The translations under genes were made by a program, and so were the position numbers. Positions 9,724 to 20,490 of a DNA stretch of 64,000 nt are shown here, in pieces (positions within the stretch are counted from its first letter, which is position 1; every line of letters starts with the position of its first letter). The DNA comes from Candidatus Marinacidobacterales bacterium (GTDB taxonomy: Bacteria > Acidobacteriota > Vicinamibacteria > Marinacidobacterales > DATDRI01). The stretch covers positions 1,408,001 through 1,472,000 of the forward strand of contig CBDCNP010000002.1 in assembly GCA_965219415.1 (NCBI GenBank), read 5' to 3'. The notes beneath the pieces are model-generated. The model saw only the letters and a list, made by a program, of their open reading frames with translations. It was not told the DNA's origin and did not search any database.

Positions 9724-11176
9724 GTCGCGAATAGGCGGACATCACCGCACTCCCAACCAGCAGCGCGAGAAGCGGCTCCACTTCCCAACGCATTCGATCG
9801 TTCTCTCCGATCTCGATGAGACTAGAAGTCAAAGTGACCCACAAGATCGTCGTCACGGCGTAAGCAAAAACTGGGCGTTGCGACATTTCGCCCCTGAAGA
9901 CACGATAGAGCCCGAATCCGACCAGCGCCGGAAACACGATCACCCAAAGATTGAGTGGAGGGTCGAGCATTCGGATGGGCCTCTGGATCGGCCCACCTAG
10001 GAATACCGTCCGCGTCAGAACATCTCGCAGAAGATGAACCCGGGAGAAATCGTAGTCGACCAGGAAATCCACGGCGTTCGGCCCGGGCTGGATATAAAGA
10101 AGGAACGCTGTGACGCAGCGCTGCAAATAGCGTCCGGGATAATGAAGAATGAGAAAAACGTCAGCGCGCTGCATCTCTCGGGAAATTGCGGCGTAGTCAC
10201 GATGATTGAAGTTGGGTTGGCCGTTCGTTTTGTAAGGCTCATCGAGCGAAGGGTGGACCGCGTTTTCGGGTGCGAAATAGCCAAGGTGTCGAAGCTCGTC
10301 CGGCTCTCGGAACGGACGCCGGTGCCAAACCGGTGGAAGGTTCCCCTGCCCTCTTAGTGTGGCCATCTCCGCCTGCGAGAGCGGCCACCGCTTCGCCAAG
10401 TTCATCCCCAACCAGGAGCTACCGCTATAGCTCTCGACTTGAATGTAGTTCTTGAGGTACACAAGATTCACAACCAACAGCGGAGCGATCGCCGAAACTA
10501 GGATCGCTTTCCGTTTCTCGCCTTGCAGCAAAAGGGAAACTCCGACCACGATCGCGACGAACCACAACGGGTGGTAGAGCGCGCGGGTGAGCATGAGCAA
10601 GGCCGCGGTCCAGGAAAAAAGATGAACCAGCCACCGTCTCCCAGAGTCGATGTACGCCATCAACCAGGCCGCCATCCCGAGGACGAGCAGGGAGACCGGG
10701 AGGGTGTAGAAAACCCAGTGGCCATAGACCATGAAGTTCGGTGTCCATGCGAACAAGGGGATCATGGCCGCGATTACTAGGTCTGAGATGCCCAAGCGTC
10801 TCATCAGCCAGACCATGGTGACGAGCAGACCAAGCGACATCGCCATGTAGATGACGGCGAACGCCTCGGTCGTCGCTTCGGGAAACAACTTGATAACGAC
10901 GCCGAGAAAAAGATTGAAGAGCGGCGGCTGCGCGTGGAGGTAGTACAACCCACGCAAGAGATCCTCACGGAGGATCTGCGGATCGAGATATTGGTACAAG
11001 AATTCGATCCCGTTGGCGGCAAAACGGATCCCCAGCAGTCTGGCGATGAACAGGCTAACGAAGAAAGCGGCGCCGGCCCACCAATAGGGCCAGGACTTTT
11101 GTTTCGGCGCAGCGTCTAGCATCGAGGCGGCATACGAGGATAACATAGCCAGTGCGCCGCAGCCTTCCGCGCGCAC
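9692..11176 (-). CDS. Polytopic membrane protein, GT-C-like
   Basis: About 11 hydrophobic segments; first loop QYLDP...YYLHAQPPLFN; C-terminal ENDRMR. Confidence 0.6.
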   Translation of the reverse strand: MRAEGCGALAMLSSYAASMLDAAPKQKSWPYWWAGAAFFVSLFIARLLGIRFAANGIEFLYQYLDPQILREDLLRGLYYLHAQPPLFNLFLGVVIKLFPEATTEAFAVIYMAMSLGLLVTMVWLMRRLGISDLVIAAMIPLFAWTPNFMVYGHWVFYTLPVSLLVLGMAAWLMAYIDSGRRWLVHLFSWTAALLMLTRALYHPLWFVAIVVGVSLLLQGEKRKAILVSAIAPLLVVNLVYLKNYIQVESYSGSSWLGMNLAKRWPLSQAEMATLRGQGNLPPVWHRRPFREPDELRHLGYFAPENAVHPSLDEPYKTNGQPNFNHRDYAAISREMQRADVFLILHYPGRYLQRCVTAFLLYIQPGPNAVDFLVDYDFSRVHLLRDVLTRTVFLGGPIQRPIRMLDPPLNLWVIVFPALVGFGLYRVFRGEMSQRPVFAYAVTTILWVTLTSSLIEIGENDRMRWEVEPLLALLVGSAVMSAYSRLTSSGAAGKA

Positions 11177-11242
11177 TGACTAGCCCTTCACGACCGCCCC
11201 GGCCCGGAGGAATTGGGTAAGCGTAATAAGCGCCCAAGGGAA

Positions 11243-11442
11243 CCGGGCCGTGGTTTTAGGGCCGGGCTCAGCCTTGAGCCGGTGCGCAGTCGCGAAGTCG
11301 ACGGAGCATCAAGTGTTGGGGGTGGGGCCCCAACGCAGTTATGGAAGACCGAGGGAACGCGTGGGAGTCGCCTGTCGGCCGCCAAATTACGTGGTTGCTA
11401 TGACCGAAGCTAGCCAGGCGGCGGTGGGGCCCCGCGCGCACT
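11243..11442. repeat. GC-rich palindromic intergenic element (REP/MITE-like)
   Basis: Two GGTGGGGCCCC cores (~11321 and ~11423); the first sits in a GTGTTGGGG/CCCCAACGC stem; an extra GGCTCA/TGAGCC stem lies upstream. Confidence 0.5.
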
Positions 11443-11447
11443 AAGTT

Positions 11448-12482
11448 ATGACGATAAGAGCTATACGCTTCCACAAACACGGCGGTCCCGAGGTCTTACA
11501 ACTCGACGAGATCGATCCGCCCCAACCCGGTGCCGGAGAAGTCACGGTCGACGTCAAGGCCTGCGCCTTGAACCGGCTCGATATTTGGAATCGGGGAGGG
11601 CTACGAGTGAAGGTGCCGCTCCCTCACATCTTGGGCTCGGACGTCTCCGGCATCGTCGCCGAAGCGGGAGACGGTGACTCCGAGGAGTGGATTGGTCGGG
11701 AAGTAGTGTTGCATCCCGGGCTCTCCTGCCGCGACCGTTGCCTACGGTGCCTCCAAGGCCGAGACAACGAGTGCAGAGAATACAACGTCCTAGGCTATCA
11801 GGTGGATGGAGGCTATACGGAGCGTCTCCGGATCCCGGCCGGGAACCTTCTCCCCAAACCGAAGAATCTCACCTTCGAAGAGGCGGCTTCCGTGCCTTTG
11901 GTCTTTTTGACGGCCTGGCACATGTTGGTAGCGCGTGCCCAACTACGTCCCGGGGAGAGTGTTCTCGTCTTGGCGGCGGGGAGCGGTGTGGGGATCGCCG
12001 CGGTGCAGGTCGCGAAGCTTTGGGGGGCACGCGTCATTGCTACCGCGTCCACCGACGCCAAGTTCGAAAAGGCGCGCGAGCTCGGCGCCGACGAGGTCGT
12101 CAACTATCAAGAAAAGGATTTCGCAGAGGAAGTTCGACGACTGACCGACAAACAGGGAGTGGATGTGGTCATCGAGCACGTGGGCCGGGACACGTTCGAG
12201 AAAAGCTTGCACAGCCTCGCGCGCGGTGGGCGACTCGTGACCTGCGGTGCCACAGCAGGCCCCAACGTAGAAATAGATCTCCGTTACATCTTCGCCCGCC
12301 ACCTCTCGATCATGGGGTCTTACATGGGCGGCAAGCCGGAGCTGGCGGAGCTACTTCCCTTCTTCGACGACGGGCGGCTGAGACCGGTGGTGGATCGGAT
12401 CTTTCCGCTCGAGGAAGCGGCCAACGCGCACAGGCACATGGAGAGCCGGGCCCAGTTCGGCAAGATTGTGCTTCGAATTTGA
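11448..12482 (+). CDS. Zinc-binding dehydrogenase / quinone oxidoreductase (MDR family)
   Basis: HGGPEVL, GSDVSG, structural Zn cluster CRDRCLRC...C, AAGSGVG and GKIVL. Confidence 0.92.
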   Translation: MTIRAIRFHKHGGPEVLQLDEIDPPQPGAGEVTVDVKACALNRLDIWNRGGLRVKVPLPHILGSDVSGIVAEAGDGDSEEWIGREVVLHPGLSCRDRCLRCLQGRDNECREYNVLGYQVDGGYTERLRIPAGNLLPKPKNLTFEEAASVPLVFLTAWHMLVARAQLRPGESVLVLAAGSGVGIAAVQVAKLWGARVIATASTDAKFEKARELGADEVVNYQEKDFAEEVRRLTDKQGVDVVIEHVGRDTFEKSLHSLARGGRLVTCGATAGPNVEIDLRYIFARHLSIMGSYMGGKPELAELLPFFDDGRLRPVVDRIFPLEEAANAHRHMESRAQFGKIVLRI

Positions 12483-12497
12483 CAGGTTTAGTAGGGG

Positions 12498-13347
12498 ATG
12501 CCCATCGTTCACCTCTTCTCCGAGGGCATCGACGACACCCGCCGCGGTACTTTGATCTACCGCGGCGATTTCTTGATTTTCAAGAACCTGGGTTCGTTGC
12601 AACAACTCTGCGAACGGTCCCGGCAACTCGCTCGTGAATTTTTCAGGGAACTGGCTCCGGAATCAGCACAATTCGAGATGGATCCAGAGACTTATTCCAA
12701 GACCGTGGCCTCGCTCCAAGAGACGTGGAAAGGAGATGCCGGTGTCAAAGAGTTGTTGTTCGCGTCCCTTGCCGAAGCCGGCGTCGACCGGGAGAGGAAC
12801 TTTCGTGACTGGCTCTATCTTCGTGTTCTCCCCGAGGGCCCTCAGGGCCCTGATGGCCCTAACGGAAACGACCCGAAGAGGCGGCACCTCGAGAAGATTG
12901 CACCACACCGCGACACCTGGGCATCCAATCTCATGCAGCAAACCCAACTGGTGGACTCCCATCTATCCCGTGACCGATGAACGCACGATCGCATTCTTCC
13001 CGGAATATTGGTCGAGACCCATCGATAACACCAGTGCAAGCTGGGAGGCAGATGGCGACGCGCCACTACCCCTCGCCAGGACGGCCATCGACCCCAAGTC
13101 GGAGCTGAGGTTGGTCATCGATCCCGGCGACCTCTTGTGTTTTTCCGGTGCGCATCTTCATGCGAGCGTTCCCAATACATCAGGGGCGACACGGTTCAGC
13201 ACCGAGATTCGCACGGTTAACGTCGATGACGTCCGCGCGTCGCTAGGCGCACCGAACGTGGATGGGGCGAACGTACCGTCCAAGACCAACTGGTTCAAAC
13301 GTCTCTCCGATGGCAAATCCCTAACCGCGGCCCTCCAAGGAAACTAA
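12498..13347 (+). CDS. Putative Fe(II)/2OG-dioxygenase-fold protein, frameshift near 12945
   Basis: PHRDTW (HxD), NWWTPI, PGDLLCFSGAHLH (distal His) and PNTSGATRFS. Confidence 0.6.
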
Positions 13348-14951
13348 TGGCGACTGAAAAGCTCCCAGAGCCCCCGGTCTCGTCGAGACTCGACGCCGGC
13401 AATCCCCTGCCGGTCCGCCAGCGGACGGCGGTCACCATCGGTATCATCATGGGGCTGTTTCTCGCCGCCATCGAGCAGACCGTGGTCGCCACCGCCATGC
13501 CCACCGTCGTTTCGAGTTTGGGTGGTTTGGACATCTATAGCTGGGTCTTCTCGATTTACCTTCTCACCTTCACGGTGACCGTGCCGATCTGGGGGAAACT
13601 CTCGGACGTGCATGGCCGACGAAACACCTATCTCTTCAGTATCGGATTGTTCATCTTGGGCTCCGCACTTTGCGGGCAAGCTCGCTCGATGACGTTTCTC
13701 ATCTTCGCCCGGGCAGTTCAGGGCTTGGGGGGCGGAGGGGTCTTCCCGATCGGATTCACCGTCATCGGCGAGATCTATTCGCTGCAACAGCGTGCGAAGA
13801 TGCAAGGGCTCTTCAGCGCCGTTTGGGGGGTGGCGAGTATCGCTGGCCCGCTGGCGGGTGGACTGATCACCGACCTAATGTCGTGGCGCTGGGTTTTTTA
13901 TCTGAACATACCGTTCGGAATCGCCGCGGCGGGGCTCATCAGCACCAACCTGACCGAGCCGCCTCACCTCCGTTCCAGCCATTCTATCGATTACCGAGGA
14001 GTGGGCCTGCTCTCCGCGTCTGTGACTGCACTACTGCTGGCGCTCATACAGGCGGGAAAGCGCGGCTCCATCTTCGAGACCGACCTGCTGGTACTCTTCG
14101 CGGCCTCGGTCGGATTGTTCTTTGTCTTCTTGAGGTGCGAGCGGCAAGCAAAAGAACCGGTGGTGCCGATTTCCTTGTTTCGGAACAAGGTATTTCGCGT
14201 CAGCTCCTGGGTCGGACTTCTCGCCGGCATGGGGATCTTCGGGTCCATCTCGTTCATTCCTCTGTTCGTGCAAGGAGTCATGTTCGGTTCGGCAACCCGC
14301 GCCGGCTCGGCTCTGTCCCCTCTCATGCTCGGCTGGGTCATCATGTCCACCATTGCCGGCCCCGCCATCCTTCGACTCGGCTACCGGCCCCTCATCATCG
14401 CCGGCATGGGTTCTTTCGCCGCCGGTTTTCTTTGGCTGACTCAGCTCGGAACCGACAGCGCCTACGCGGAGCTCTTGCCGTCGATGGCGGTGCTTGGAGT
14501 CGGCATGGGGCTCTCGATGGTAACGATGATGCTCGCCGTCCAGAACACCGTTCCACGAGGCCTTCTCGGGATCGCCACATCGGCCCAACTATTCTTCCGC
14601 ACCATCGGTGGTGCGATCGGTGTGGCCATCATGGGATCGATGATGAGTTATCGGATGAACGCCAACCTCGATGGGACGAGCGACCCCACATTGGTCGACC
14701 TCGCGGCTCATCCGGACTCCATCGTCAACGAAGCGACCCGGCAGGCGTTATCTCCGGAAGCGACTCTGTGGCTGCGTGGTGCGCTAAGCGACTCGTTGCA
14801 AGGAGTCTTCGTCATCGGCGTCGTGATTGCCTCCCTCGCGTTCTTCATCTCCCTCGCCTTTCCTCGTGGCTCACCGCAAGAGCTCGCCGATCGGCAGGAG
14901 AGCCTGGAGAGATATAATGAGGGCCCACCTGAGGAGCCGGGCAAGAACTGA
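13347..14951 (+). CDS. MFS transporter, DHA2 (14-TM) family
   Basis: EQTVVATAMP, GKLSDVHGRR, SWRWVFYLNIP and EPVVPISLF. Confidence 0.93.
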   Translation: MATEKLPEPPVSSRLDAGNPLPVRQRTAVTIGIIMGLFLAAIEQTVVATAMPTVVSSLGGLDIYSWVFSIYLLTFTVTVPIWGKLSDVHGRRNTYLFSIGLFILGSALCGQARSMTFLIFARAVQGLGGGGVFPIGFTVIGEIYSLQQRAKMQGLFSAVWGVASIAGPLAGGLITDLMSWRWVFYLNIPFGIAAAGLISTNLTEPPHLRSSHSIDYRGVGLLSASVTALLLALIQAGKRGSIFETDLLVLFAASVGLFFVFLRCERQAKEPVVPISLFRNKVFRVSSWVGLLAGMGIFGSISFIPLFVQGVMFGSATRAGSALSPLMLGWVIMSTIAGPAILRLGYRPLIIAGMGSFAAGFLWLTQLGTDSAYAELLPSMAVLGVGMGLSMVTMMLAVQNTVPRGLLGIATSAQLFFRTIGGAIGVAIMGSMMSYRMNANLDGTSDPTLVDLAAHPDSIVNEATRQALSPEATLWLRGALSDSLQGVFVIGVVIASLAFFISLAFPRGSPQELADRQESLERYNEGPPEEPGKN

Positions 14952-14980
14952 CATACCTGACATAGAAGAGGAGCAGGGGC

Positions 14981-15850
14981 ATGATTGTCACCGTTGTGGG
15001 TACGGGAACGATGGGAAGCGGCATTGCCTACGCCTCCGCGGTTGCCGGCCTCGACACCGTCATCAATGACATCTCGACCGAATTCCTCGATCGGGCGCTA
15101 CGCACCATCGACCGCTTCTTGGACGCCGGTGTAGAGCGGGGCAAGATCCAAGCCGAAGACAAGAAGACCGTCATAGGGCGGCTCAGGTTGGAGCAAGACT
15201 TGACCGTGGCGGTAGAGGGCGCGGGGTTGGTGATCGAGGCGGTCCCGGAAGACATCGCACTCAAGTGCAAGATCTTCGGTCGACTCGACAAGAGCACCGC
15301 ATCCGAAACCGTCCTGGCGACTAATAGCTCCTCCCTCAGCATTACCGAGATCGCCGCCGCGACCAACGATCCCTCTCGCGTCGTGGGGATGCACTTCTTC
15401 AACCCGGTACCGAAAATGAAGCTCGTGGAAATCGTCCGAGGCCTCGAGACGGGAGAGAAGGCCTTCAAGGTCGTCGAGGACGTCGCCCACAAGATGGGCA
15501 AGGAAACGGTCGACATCCGTGAGTCACCGGGTTTTGTGACCAGCCGGGTCAACGCACTCATCGGCAACGAAGCGTTCTATATGTTGGAGGAGGGGGTGGC
15601 GAGTGCGGAGGACATCGACAAGGCACTCAAGCTCGGGCTCAATCATCCGATGGGCCCATTCGAGATGGTGGACCTGGTCGGCCTCGACGTCCGGCTGGGC
15701 GTGCTGAGCTACCTCCACGAACGACTGGGAGAGAAGTATCGCCCCGCCCCTCTTTTGGTTCAGTACGTCAAGGCCGGTCGGCTCGGCCGCAAGGTTGGGA
15801 AAGGCGTCTACGAGTACCGAGACGCCAAGCCTACCCAGCCACAGCGCTGA
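14981..15850 (+). CDS. 3-hydroxyacyl(butyryl)-CoA dehydrogenase
   Basis: GTGTMG, IEAVPE, GMHFFNP and PMGPFEMVDLVGLD. Confidence 0.93.
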   Translation: MIVTVVGTGTMGSGIAYASAVAGLDTVINDISTEFLDRALRTIDRFLDAGVERGKIQAEDKKTVIGRLRLEQDLTVAVEGAGLVIEAVPEDIALKCKIFGRLDKSTASETVLATNSSSLSITEIAAATNDPSRVVGMHFFNPVPKMKLVEIVRGLETGEKAFKVVEDVAHKMGKETVDIRESPGFVTSRVNALIGNEAFYMLEEGVASAEDIDKALKLGLNHPMGPFEMVDLVGLDVRLGVLSYLHERLGEKYRPAPLLVQYVKAGRLGRKVGKGVYEYRDAKPTQPQR

Positions 15851-15858
15851 AGTGTCTC

Positions 15859-17715
15859 ATGCGTATCGTTCGGCTTGGCCCGTGGCTGGCAGGGACCTCG
15901 ATCCTAGTTATTCTTCACGGCGCGTGCGATCCTGATCACAGTACAAGCTCGCCCCGGTTCTTTGCCGCCGAGCTACCGAACCTAGATGTAACATTCACTC
16001 GGGCTCAACTCGGAGAGCTGAGGTCGGACCCCAACACAGCGGCCTCAGTAACGCTTGGAGATGAGACGCGACGCGCATTCGCGACGACGCTGCCTTCCCA
16101 GCTCGGCTTCGCGGTCAACGTTCCCGCCGAGCCCGACATGCAGGTGACCGTCGCAGTCGGAACTCTCGACAACGAGCACTGGTCTCCCGTTCAATTCCGG
16201 ATCCTCGCCGATACCGGCTCCGAACCCGAAGTCGTTTTTTCAGAGACCGTCAACCGGCCGGAGCGGAACCGTTGGCTGGATCGAGATGTCGACCTCAGCC
16301 GGTGGGTGGGGCAGAGCCTCAACCTCAAGTTCCAGACCCGGGTTCGCTCCGCGGGCTCCACAGAGGCAATGACCGACACCCTCGTTCCACTCTGGGGCAA
16401 CCCGATCTTGAGCGGCGTCGGTTGTTGCGAAAAAAGACCCAACGTCATCTTGATCTCCATCGATTGCCTTCGCGCCGATCATGTGGATGCCTACGGCTAC
16501 CATCGTGACACGACTCCTCGCATTGACGCTTTCGCCAAGGACGCGGTGTTGTTCGAGACCGCGGTGTCGACGGCTCCGATGACACTTCCCTCTCACTTAT
16601 CGATGTTCACCGGCCTGTTCCCCTCTCTTCATGACGGCAGCAAGTGGGCGAAGCTCGCACCGTCCATTCCTTACGCCCCACGGATGCTGTCGAAGGTCGG
16701 TTATCAAACCGACGCGGTGGTAACCGGTGCCTATCTTTCACAAACGTACGGTTTTGAGAGAGGATTCGATCGCTATCGATTGGATCACCGTGCTCCCGCC
16801 GAGAAGACCGCGGAACAGGCCATCGAGCTACTGCGTCGCGGTGCGGAACGGAACCAATTTCTCTTCGTGCACTTCATAGATGCCCACTGGCCTTATGAAC
16901 CGCCCGAGGAACTCATCGAACGCTTCGGCGACCGGCCGGCCGATCTCGCCGGCTTACTGCGCAAAGTCGTCGACAACCACCCACCGAGCGATGCGGAGGA
17001 AACGGAACGGGTTTCGGCTCTCTACGACGCCGAGATCGCGTTCGCCGACAAGGCCGTGGGGCGGCTATTGGATGAGTTGAAAGCAACGGGGGCCTACGAT
17101 CGTTCCCTCATCATCTTGACCGCGGATCACGATGAGGCTTTCTTCGACCACGGACATTGGCAACACAGCAAAACGCTTTACGAAGAACTGATCCGTATTC
17201 CTCTGATTGTGAAGTGGCCGGGACAATCACCCACGGGCCGAGTGAGGGCGCAAGTCAGCCAAGTCGACATCTTCCCCACTGTTTTGGCCGCAGCCGGGGT
17301 CGAGCCTCCTCCCACCGATGGTATCGACCTCATCGAGTTCGTCAACGAGACGAAAGCGTCCCGAGAAAGGCGACGGCTCGTCAGCGAGAACGCCTGGAGA
17401 GGCCCATCCGAGTGGTCGAGAAAAGTGTCGATCCGTACCGAGAAGTTGAAATATCTCGTCACCATAGCTGGCCCTCCGGGAAGAGAGCCAGCGGAAAGCG
17501 ACCTTCGAAGCGAGGAGCTCTACGACTTGGCCGAGGATCCGAGGGAGCGAACCAACCTCGCGCCGGGCTCGAGCTCGGACATCGAGGCCTTTCGCCGTGA
17601 GCTGGCTAACTACCTCGGCGAAGCCCGAAAAAGGCGCGCCAGTCGCCGGACCGAGGACATCGTTGAGGACCACACGACTCGGGAGCGGCTCAGAAGCCTG
17701 GGCTACATTAATTAG
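15859..17715 (+). CDS. Sulfatase-fold lipoprotein, Thr type, paralog 1 (with N-terminal beta-sandwich)
   Basis: HGAC lipobox; SIDCLRADH, PMTLPSH, DAHWPY, TADH, ELYDL and C-terminal RLRSLGY. Confidence 0.88.
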   Translation: MRIVRLGPWLAGTSILVILHGACDPDHSTSSPRFFAAELPNLDVTFTRAQLGELRSDPNTAASVTLGDETRRAFATTLPSQLGFAVNVPAEPDMQVTVAVGTLDNEHWSPVQFRILADTGSEPEVVFSETVNRPERNRWLDRDVDLSRWVGQSLNLKFQTRVRSAGSTEAMTDTLVPLWGNPILSGVGCCEKRPNVILISIDCLRADHVDAYGYHRDTTPRIDAFAKDAVLFETAVSTAPMTLPSHLSMFTGLFPSLHDGSKWAKLAPSIPYAPRMLSKVGYQTDAVVTGAYLSQTYGFERGFDRYRLDHRAPAEKTAEQAIELLRRGAERNQFLFVHFIDAHWPYEPPEELIERFGDRPADLAGLLRKVVDNHPPSDAEETERVSALYDAEIAFADKAVGRLLDELKATGAYDRSLIILTADHDEAFFDHGHWQHSKTLYEELIRIPLIVKWPGQSPTGRVRAQVSQVDIFPTVLAAAGVEPPPTDGIDLIEFVNETKASRERRRLVSENAWRGPSEWSRKVSIRTEKLKYLVTIAGPPGREPAESDLRSEELYDLAEDPRERTNLAPGSSSDIEAFRRELANYLGEARKRRASRRTEDIVEDHTTRERLRSLGYIN

Positions 17716-17752
17716 TTTAGCGACGGCCGGGTATAATGAACCCGGTGTAATT

Positions 17753-18598
17753 ATGACCCCCAAAATGAAGATTCCGGCAAGATCGAGAAACGGACGTGCG
17801 ACCTCCACGCCGGTGACGCGCTTCAGACGACAGGGACGAGAAGACTGCGAAGATCGAATCGCCGTCGAAGAACCTCTCGAGATTCGTCTCGGAGGTAAGA
17901 GCGTGGCGGTGGTGATGCGAAGCCCCGGGGAGGATCACGAGCTGGCGGCCGGCTTCTTGTTCACCGAAGGAATCCTGAAGGGTAAAGACGAAGTGTCTCG
18001 CGTCGGGCACCGCAAGGACCCTAAAAATCCAAAGCTCTGCAATGTCATCAACGTTACGCCCACCGCGGGAGTGGACCTATCGGGGAGGGGCTGGCAGCGG
18101 AACTTCGTCTCGTCATCGAGCTGCGGCCTTTGCGGGAAGCTCACCATCGAATCGGTCCACCTTCACGCGCCCGCGGTGGATGACGATTTCCGCGTCTCTA
18201 CTCAAGTTCTCCTGGGCCTGCCGGACCAGCTCCGTTCGGGCCAGGAAGGCTTCGATGAAACGGGGGGCCTCCACGCCGCCGGACTATTCGACAAGGAAGG
18301 CCGGCTCCTCCTGCTTCGCGAGGACATCGGTCGGCACAATGCGGTGGACAAAATTATCGGAGCGGCGCTCTTGAACGGATCGCTACCGCTTCGCGAGCGC
18401 GTTTTGATGGTGAGCGGCAGGACGAGTTTCGAGATCGTTCAAAAGGCACTCATGGCGCGCATTCCGCTGGTTGCCGCGGTTTCTGCAGCCTCGAGCCTCG
18501 CGGTGGAGCTGGCAGAAAGCTCGGATTTAGGCTTGGTTGGATTTCTGCGTGGAGAGTCCATGAACGTCTACGCCGGCTCCCACCGGATCGTGTCCTGA
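17753..18598 (+). CDS. fdhD: Formate dehydrogenase accessory sulfurtransferase FdhD
   Basis: AVEEPLEI, SSCGLCG, FDETGGLHAA, EDIGRHNAVDK and SGRTSFEIVQK; TATAAT at 17732. Confidence 0.95.
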   Translation: MTPKMKIPARSRNGRATSTPVTRFRRQGREDCEDRIAVEEPLEIRLGGKSVAVVMRSPGEDHELAAGFLFTEGILKGKDEVSRVGHRKDPKNPKLCNVINVTPTAGVDLSGRGWQRNFVSSSSCGLCGKLTIESVHLHAPAVDDDFRVSTQVLLGLPDQLRSGQEGFDETGGLHAAGLFDKEGRLLLLREDIGRHNAVDKIIGAALLNGSLPLRERVLMVSGRTSFEIVQKALMARIPLVAAVSAASSLAVELAESSDLGLVGFLRGESMNVYAGSHRIVS

Positions 18599-18614
18599 TT
18601 CACCCGCGCCACGA

Positions 18615-20490
18615 TTGGCCAAAGTGACTCCAAGTAATGCCCTGCGAGCGGTCGCGCTCTTGCCTTGTTTGATCTCCGCGTTGGGGTGCAGCGGTTGCAA
18701 TGGTGCGGGCGACGGACCGTTCCCTCCTTTGTTTCTGGTCGAGCAGGTACCTTCCGATGTGAGCTATGGCGTCGTCCGGGCAGACCTACCGGCCCTGCGA
18801 GACCAAGGAGTCCCCTCCGCGCCCGTTACGCTTTACGATGACACCCGTCGCGCCCTCACTCCTCCCGTGCCCTCCCACTTGTCTTTCGTTGCCAAGCTCC
18901 CTCCTCGACCCGTCCTCCAGTTCGCCATCTCGGTGGCAACGCTTGGAAAGCCCACACGATGGTCTCCGGTGCGATTCAGGATCACGGTCAAGTCGGGCCA
19001 CGAGGAGGAAGTGATCTTCAGAGAGACCATCGAGCTGCCGCAACGAAATCAGTGGCTCGATCGAGGCGTTGACCTCGCGGCGTGGTCAGAGACCGAAGCC
19101 CAACTCCGTTTCGAGGTCCTCACCGACGACGACCCGGCGGCGCTTGTGGCAAACGACCCCGTCTTTCCGTTGTGGGGCAATCCGGTGGTATTCAGCAAGC
19201 ACAATCCCATCGAGCGCCCCCCCATCATTCTGATCTCGGTAGACTGTCTGAGACCGGATCACATGGGGCTCTACGGTTACCAACGCAACACCACTCCCCG
19301 ACTCGACGAGCTCGCGGAGGAAGCCTTTGTTTTCGAGAAAGCCACCGCCGCTTCCTCTTGGACGCTTCCCTCCCATATGTCCATGATGACCGGTCTCACG
19401 CCTTCTTTTCACGCGGTGAGCAGGGAACGAAAGCTCGGCCCGTCGATTGGATACCTACCCGAGCTCTTGTCGGAAGGCGGTTACGAAGCGATCGGTGTCG
19501 TCTCCGGTGCGTACCCCTCACCCAGCTTCGGCTTCGAGCGAGGCTTCCATAAATACCGGGTCCTCAAACGCTCCCGCGCCGCTCAGACCATCGACGTAGC
19601 CACCGCTTGGCTTGCAGAGGCACAGGGGCGGGACGTCTTTCTTTTCCTTCATCTATTCGATCCACACTGGCGCTATCTACCGCCGGACGGTTTCGTAGAG
19701 CTCTTTGGACCGCGGCCTGAAAACGTCGATGCTCTGCTGAGCACCGTAATCGACCGGGCACTACCCTCTGGACCAAAAGACATCGAACAGCTGGAGAATC
19801 TCTACGACGGCGAGATCGCCTATGTCGATCAGGAGCTGGGCCGTCTCCTCGACTGGCTCAAGCGACGGGGACTCTATGAGGCTTCCCTCATCATCATTAC
19901 CTCGGATCACGGCGAAGCCTTTTACGAACACGAGCACTGGCAGCACAGCGATACACTCTACGAGGAGATGATTCGCGTGCCGCTGTTGATCAAATGGCCC
20001 CGTGACGCGGCCGGCAATAGTGTGCCAACCCCCGTGAGTCATGTCGATCTCTTTTCGACGATTCTCGAAGCGGCCGGTCTGCCACCGGCTGGGTCTCGAG
20101 GAAGTAGCCTTGACCGCTACCGGAAAACGTCCTCACCCGCCGATAGCAGGCCGACGGTTAGTGAAGTGATCTGGTGGTTCGACGATCCAGTGGTGAAAAA
20201 GATCTCGCTTCGCTCCCGGGAGCTCAAGTACATCGCTACGTTCGAGGCGAGCGCGGACGATGACCTGACGATCGACAAGATTAGAAAAGAAGAGCTCTAT
20301 GATCTGGCGTAGGACCCAGGTGAAAAGAACGACTTGCAAACGCCCAGCCACATGCAGGCGTTTCGAAGACAGCTTCAGGCGCATCTCGAAAGCGCCCGGG
20401 AGTTTCGAGCCGATCGCGAGCGGGGCAACCGGGTCGTCATCGACGAAGACGTGCGGGAGCAACTGAGGGCGCTGGGGATACCTTCAATGA
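18615..20490 (+). CDS. Sulfatase-fold lipoprotein, Thr type, paralog 2 (in-frame TAG at 20310 and a terminal +1 frameshift)
   Basis: ALGC lipobox; SVDCLRPDH, SWTLPSH and TSDHGE. ELYDLA*DPGE continues in frame to QLRALG; removing one G gives LGYLQ* overlapping the next ATG. Confidence 0.85.

Noticed and set aside
11243-11442. 6S RNA, tmRNA, SRP RNA or riboswitch
   Set aside because: No recognisable conserved motifs; kept only as a palindromic repeat.
7438-13347. Programmed frameshifting or phase variation in the CoA-transferase, SDR and oxygenase-like genes
   Set aside because: Indels are spread across the window regardless of function, which fits sequencing error better.
20310-20312. In-frame TAG in paralog 2 as pyrrolysine or programmed readthrough
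   Set aside because: It falls at a variable position (E or K in paralogs), no pyl genes are seen, TAG is a normal stop elsewhere in the window, and the sequence is error-rich. An in-frame TAA at 26072 has the same character.
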